Both the position numbers and the translations under genes were made by a program. Positions 60,229-64,000 of a stretch of DNA of 64,000 nt are shown here, piece after piece (position 1 is the stretch's first letter; every line of letters starts with the position of its first letter). Source of the stretch: Candidatus Cloacimonadales bacterium (GTDB taxonomy: Bacteria; Cloacimonadota; Cloacimonadia; Cloacimonadales; JAIOQZ01); contig CAXXTU010000002.1 of the NCBI GenBank assembly GCA_963662655.2, positions 1,952,001-2,016,000 on the forward strand, in the 5' to 3' direction. The notes beneath the pieces are model-generated. The model ran no database searches and was not told the DNA's origin. It saw nothing but the letters and a program-made list of their open reading frames with translations.

Positions 60229-61845
60229 ATGAGAGCATTGATAGCCGATGACGATAAACTTATTCAGGTGGTTCTGAAAGGCCACATGTCAAACTGGGGT
60301 TTTGAGCCGGTCATTGTGGAAAACGGTATCGACGCGCTGGAAGAGCTGAACAGGCCCAACCCGCCGATGATCGTTACGCTCGATTGGTCCATGCCCGGAC
60401 TAGGTGGAATCGAAGTTTGCAAAGAGATCCGCGCAAAACACCCGACAATACCATTCTACATCCTCATCATTACGGCGAAAGGGGAAAAAGACCATCTCGT
60501 CAGCGCTCTCAACGCCGGAGCGAACGATTTCATACGTAAACCGTTCGATATTTCGGAGTTGAAGGCACGTCTGGAGACGGGAAGGCGCATTGTCTCCATG
60601 CAAAGTAGATTGCAGAACCAGAGCCGGGCAAACAGGCAGCTTATCGAGTCGATAAAGTCCATTCTGATATGTGTGAACGAAAACGACATGGTAATGCGAT
60701 GGAATCAAAGCGCAGTGAAAGCTTTTGGGCTTTCGGAGAAAGATGCGTTCGAGAAAGATTTCTCCAAACTCCCGATTCATTGGGACTGGAAAAAGCTTGG
60801 GGCAATGATCGATAAATGTATCGTTACGGACACGCCAACAAGTATAAACGATTTCAGCTATACAAACCAGAATGAGCAGGAAAGATTTCTCAATGTAAAG
60901 ATAAATCCTTACGTCGGCAGTACGATCGATACTCGAGGTTTTTTGATTCTGGCAGACGACGTGACCGAGCAAAGGTTCATCGAGTCGCAGTTCATGCACT
61001 CCCAAAAGCTCGAGTCAATCGGTCAGCTTGCCGCCGGTATCGCCCATGAAATCAACACTCCCGTGCAGTTCGTAACGGATAATACGGAATTCCTGAAGGA
61101 GTCGTTCGAGTCCATCTCCAACGTGCTCTCCTTCTGCGAGAACACCCTCGATCTGTTGGGAGGCATTGAAGCGATCAAGGAACTCGCCGAAAAATTCAAG
61201 GACGTGAAAGAAGAAAACGATACGGAATTCCTGCTGGAAGAAATTCCCAATGCCCTCTTGCAGAACCTGGAAGGCCTTCAGAAAATTGCGGTCATCGTGA
61301 AAGCGATGAAATCCTTCTCGTACCCTGCGCAAACGGAGATGGTTCCCGTCGATCTCGCGGAGTCGATCCAGAACACGGTCACGGTCGCGAGAAACGAGTG
61401 GAAGTATGTCTCCGACCTCGAAACGGATTTCGATGAAGACCTTCCATCCGTGTACTGCCACCCGGGAGAGCTGAATCAGGTGTTTCTCAACTTGATTATC
61501 AACGCCGTGCATGCAATTCAGGAGAATCTGGAGAACCAGAAGAATTCGAAAGGAAAGATCACGATTACAACAAAGCGAGAAGGCGAGTTTGCTCGAATCG
61601 AAATCGCAGATACCGGGAACGGTATTCCGCAGAGCGTTCAAAGCCGCATTTTCGATCCATTCTTCACGACCAAGGAAGTTGGTAAGGGTACCGGACAGGG
61701 ATTGTTCATCAGCCACTCCGTCGTTGTGGACAAACATCATGGTTCGATCTCGTTCAAGACTGCGGAAGGCCGGGGCACCACTTTCATCATAAAAATCCCT
61801 CTACTTCCCGCCACAACGACAGAGGAAGGAACAGATGGAAAATAA
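60229..61845 (+). CDS. REC-PAS-histidine kinase
   Basis: REC, PAS, GIAHEINTPVQF, GKGTGQGL. Confidence 0.9.
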   Translation: MRALIADDDKLIQVVLKGHMSNWGFEPVIVENGIDALEELNRPNPPMIVTLDWSMPGLGGIEVCKEIRAKHPTIPFYILIITAKGEKDHLVSALNAGANDFIRKPFDISELKARLETGRRIVSMQSRLQNQSRANRQLIESIKSILICVNENDMVMRWNQSAVKAFGLSEKDAFEKDFSKLPIHWDWKKLGAMIDKCIVTDTPTSINDFSYTNQNEQERFLNVKINPYVGSTIDTRGFLILADDVTEQRFIESQFMHSQKLESIGQLAAGIAHEINTPVQFVTDNTEFLKESFESISNVLSFCENTLDLLGGIEAIKELAEKFKDVKEENDTEFLLEEIPNALLQNLEGLQKIAVIVKAMKSFSYPAQTEMVPVDLAESIQNTVTVARNEWKYVSDLETDFDEDLPSVYCHPGELNQVFLNLIINAVHAIQENLENQKNSKGKITITTKREGEFARIEIADTGNGIPQSVQSRIFDPFFTTKEVGKGTGQGLFISHSVVVDKHHGSISFKTAEGRGTTFIIKIPLLPATTTEEGTDGK

Positions 61846-63043
61846 AAAGCTTAAAATCCTGTTTGTTGACGACGAACGCAAAATCCTCGACGGAATCCGC
61901 CGAAAGCTCCACTCCATGCGCAATGAATGGGACATGGTTTTCGCCGTGGGCGGTTATGAAGCGAAAAAACACATGATCGAGACCAAGTTCGACGTTATCG
62001 TTACCGACATGAAGATGCCCGGGACAAGCGGTCAGGAACTACTCAATATCGTGCGCGACAAACATCCTGAAATGATCCGGCTCGTACTTTCGGGGTACAG
62101 CGATCAGGAAATCATCATGCAGACGACGAAGACCGCTCATCAATATCTGAGCAAGCCTTGCAACGTGAGCGACATCAAGGCAGCGATCCAGCGGAGTATT
62201 TCCCTGCGGAAGCTACTGAAGAATCCTCGTCTCACGCGGCTTGTCACGCAGATGAAGACCATCCCGAGCCTCCCCACCATTTACAACGAGATCATGGAAG
62301 AGATACAGAAGCCCGATTCATCCCTGCACGTAGTCGGCGAAATCGTCTCCAAAGATATCGGCATGAGCGCCAAGATCCTCCAGCTTGTGAACACCTCTTT
62401 CTTTGGCGTTGCCCACCACGTTCAATCCGTTGAGCAGGCTGTCGCCCTGCTGGGACTGGACATCATACGCAGCCTCGTCCTTTCGTTTAACCTTTTCGAG
62501 AAGTTCAAGGATAACAAGGTCAATCTGCCGACCTTAAACCGGGTCTGGAACCACAGCATGGAGGTAGCGAGTTACGCGAAACTGCTGAGTGAAAACTTCG
62601 GCCTCGATTCGAAGCAGGTCGACTACTCCTATATCGCCGGTATGTTGCACGACATCGGGAAGCTGATTCTGATCTCGGAAGTACCGGCAACCTACCTCTC
62701 GATCAGGAAAGATTCGGAAGAAAGCGGAACGCAGCTATATGTAAAAGAAGTGGAGGCGTTCCACACGAGCCATGCGGAGCTCGGGGCTTATCTCCTGGGA
62801 CTTTGGGGGCTCCAGCAGCCGATCATCGAGGCAATTGCCTATCATCACACACCATCCCTGTCGAACTCGGATTGCCTTACGCCGCTTGTCTCCGTTTACC
62901 TCGCCAATTATTTCGATTACCAGTTCACGCCATCGAGAAGAGAGGGGCCGGCCCCCGTTCTCGACATGGAATTCATCGAGCAGGTCGGCTTGAGCAAGAA
63001 GATTGACAAGTTACAAAAGTATATTTTGAAGCAGCAAAGGTAA
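61835..63043 (+). CDS. REC-HDOD domain protein
   Basis: REC; IPSLP..KDIGMSAKILQLVN..WNHS..LHDIGKL..HAELGAYLLGLWGL. Confidence 0.9.
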   Translation: MENKKLKILFVDDERKILDGIRRKLHSMRNEWDMVFAVGGYEAKKHMIETKFDVIVTDMKMPGTSGQELLNIVRDKHPEMIRLVLSGYSDQEIIMQTTKTAHQYLSKPCNVSDIKAAIQRSISLRKLLKNPRLTRLVTQMKTIPSLPTIYNEIMEEIQKPDSSLHVVGEIVSKDIGMSAKILQLVNTSFFGVAHHVQSVEQAVALLGLDIIRSLVLSFNLFEKFKDNKVNLPTLNRVWNHSMEVASYAKLLSENFGLDSKQVDYSYIAGMLHDIGKLILISEVPATYLSIRKDSEESGTQLYVKEVEAFHTSHAELGAYLLGLWGLQQPIIEAIAYHHTPSLSNSDCLTPLVSVYLANYFDYQFTPSRREGPAPVLDMEFIEQVGLSKKIDKLQKYILKQQR

Positions 63044-63053
63044 TGAGTTCAAC

Positions 63054-64000
63054 ATGGATACGAAATATCGCATCTTGATGATCGAAGATTCGCAGATATT
63101 CCATAAAATCATCTCCATTATGTTGCGCAGCAATGAGATGTTTACCTTCGAGATCGACTGGAAGGAGACCCTGACCGACGGCATCGAAGCGCTCAGTCAA
63201 CCCGATGCACACTACGACACAATTCTTCTCGATCTGGAACTGCCCGACAGTCAGGGAACCCATACGCTGGAGAAGCTCGTATCCTATCAATTCAACGTTC
63301 CCATTATCGTTGTCAGCGGAGCCGGGAAGGAACAGATTCTGGTGCAGACGGTACAATTGGGAGCTCAGGATTTCCTCCCCAAGGATCAACTGAACAAACT
63401 TCTGCTGGTCAAATCGATCTTGTATTCCATCGAAAAGCGGAAACTCCAGAAGGAGATCGAGGCTCAGAACGAATCCATCAGGAGCCGGGAAAAGAAATTC
63501 AGAACCATCGCCCAGAGCAGTTCCGACGGCATTGTCGTGGTCGATTCCAGCCTCCATATCCTTTTCCTGAACTCCGCGGCCTTGAAAATGATGCATTTTG
63601 ACAAAGGGGCAGTCATCGGGCAAAAATTCGGCTTCGATTTCGACGACCAGGGGCCGTTTGAAGTGGAAATTCCCAACGACGACGGGACCAGGGCCATCAT
63701 GGAAATGAAATCCTCCGTAACGAGCTGGAACTCCACGGACGATCGACTCATTACGATCAGGGACATCACGTCGCGTAAAAAGACCGAACAAGCGCTGGAG
63801 GAAAACCTGACGTTCGTGAACGAGCTGCTCGAAAGCATACCGAACCCGGTTTATTTCAAGAATGTGCAAGGGTATTACATTGGCTGCAACAAACATTTTG
63901 AACAAATCGCGGGTATGCCCCGGGAAGAGATCATCGGTAAAACGGTCTTCGATATCCTTGAATTCAAAAAAGCTTCCTTTCTGGCTCAAAAGGATCAGGA
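63054..64000 (+). CDS. REC-PAS-PAS signalling protein, truncated at the window edge
   Basis: Manual translation: MDTKYRILMIEDS..LLDLELPDSQG..GAQDFLPK, followed by PAS domains (SSDGIVVVD; IPNPVYFKNVQGYYIGCN). Confidence 0.85.
   Translation, partial: MDTKYRILMIEDSQIFHKIISIMLRSNEMFTFEIDWKETLTDGIEALSQPDAHYDTILLDLELPDSQGTHTLEKLVSYQFNVPIIVVSGAGKEQILVQTVQLGAQDFLPKDQLNKLLLVKSILYSIEKRKLQKEIEAQNESIRSREKKFRTIAQSSSDGIVVVDSSLHILFLNSAALKMMHFDKGAVIGQKFGFDFDDQGPFEVEIPNDDGTRAIMEMKSSVTSWNSTDDRLITIRDITSRKKTEQALEENLTFVNELLESIPNPVYFKNVQGYYIGCNKHFEQIAGMPREEIIGKTVFDILEFKKASFLAQKDQ

Overview
64 kb of chromosomal DNA from an anaerobic diderm bacterium. Secreted proteins with FlgD-Ig/T9SS-like 'YPNPFNP' tails suggest Cloacimonadota or a related FCB lineage (inference). 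Contents in order: an adhesin, an Ldh_2 oxidoreductase, TamB-like and lolD/lolC-E genes, a ROK kinase, trxA, leuS, a selC-selA-selB locus, a PDZ/beta-barrel gene with a DUF4390-NtrY-NtrX-like module, sppA, tRNA-Leu-tig-clpP-clpX, a ~20 kb minus-strand glycan-modification cluster, and a two-component/HDOD signalling cluster that runs off the right edge. The main finding is the tRNA gene directly upstream of selA-selB (16908-17002). It has a tRNA-Sec body (UGGU D-loop, long variable arm, G73) but a GCA cysteine anticodon, a short 7/5 acceptor/T branch and a C1xA72 mismatch. This suggests selenocysteine is inserted at UGC/UGU codons rather than UGA. Three separate families of intergenic palindromic elements are also present: a perfect four-way junction with covariation, a three-copy long hairpin family, and a REP-like family with copies translated inside a gene. 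Six single-base homopolymer frameshifts cluster at 33.7-39.6 kb and are probably sequencing errors. No database searches were run; product calls come from recognisable motifs.
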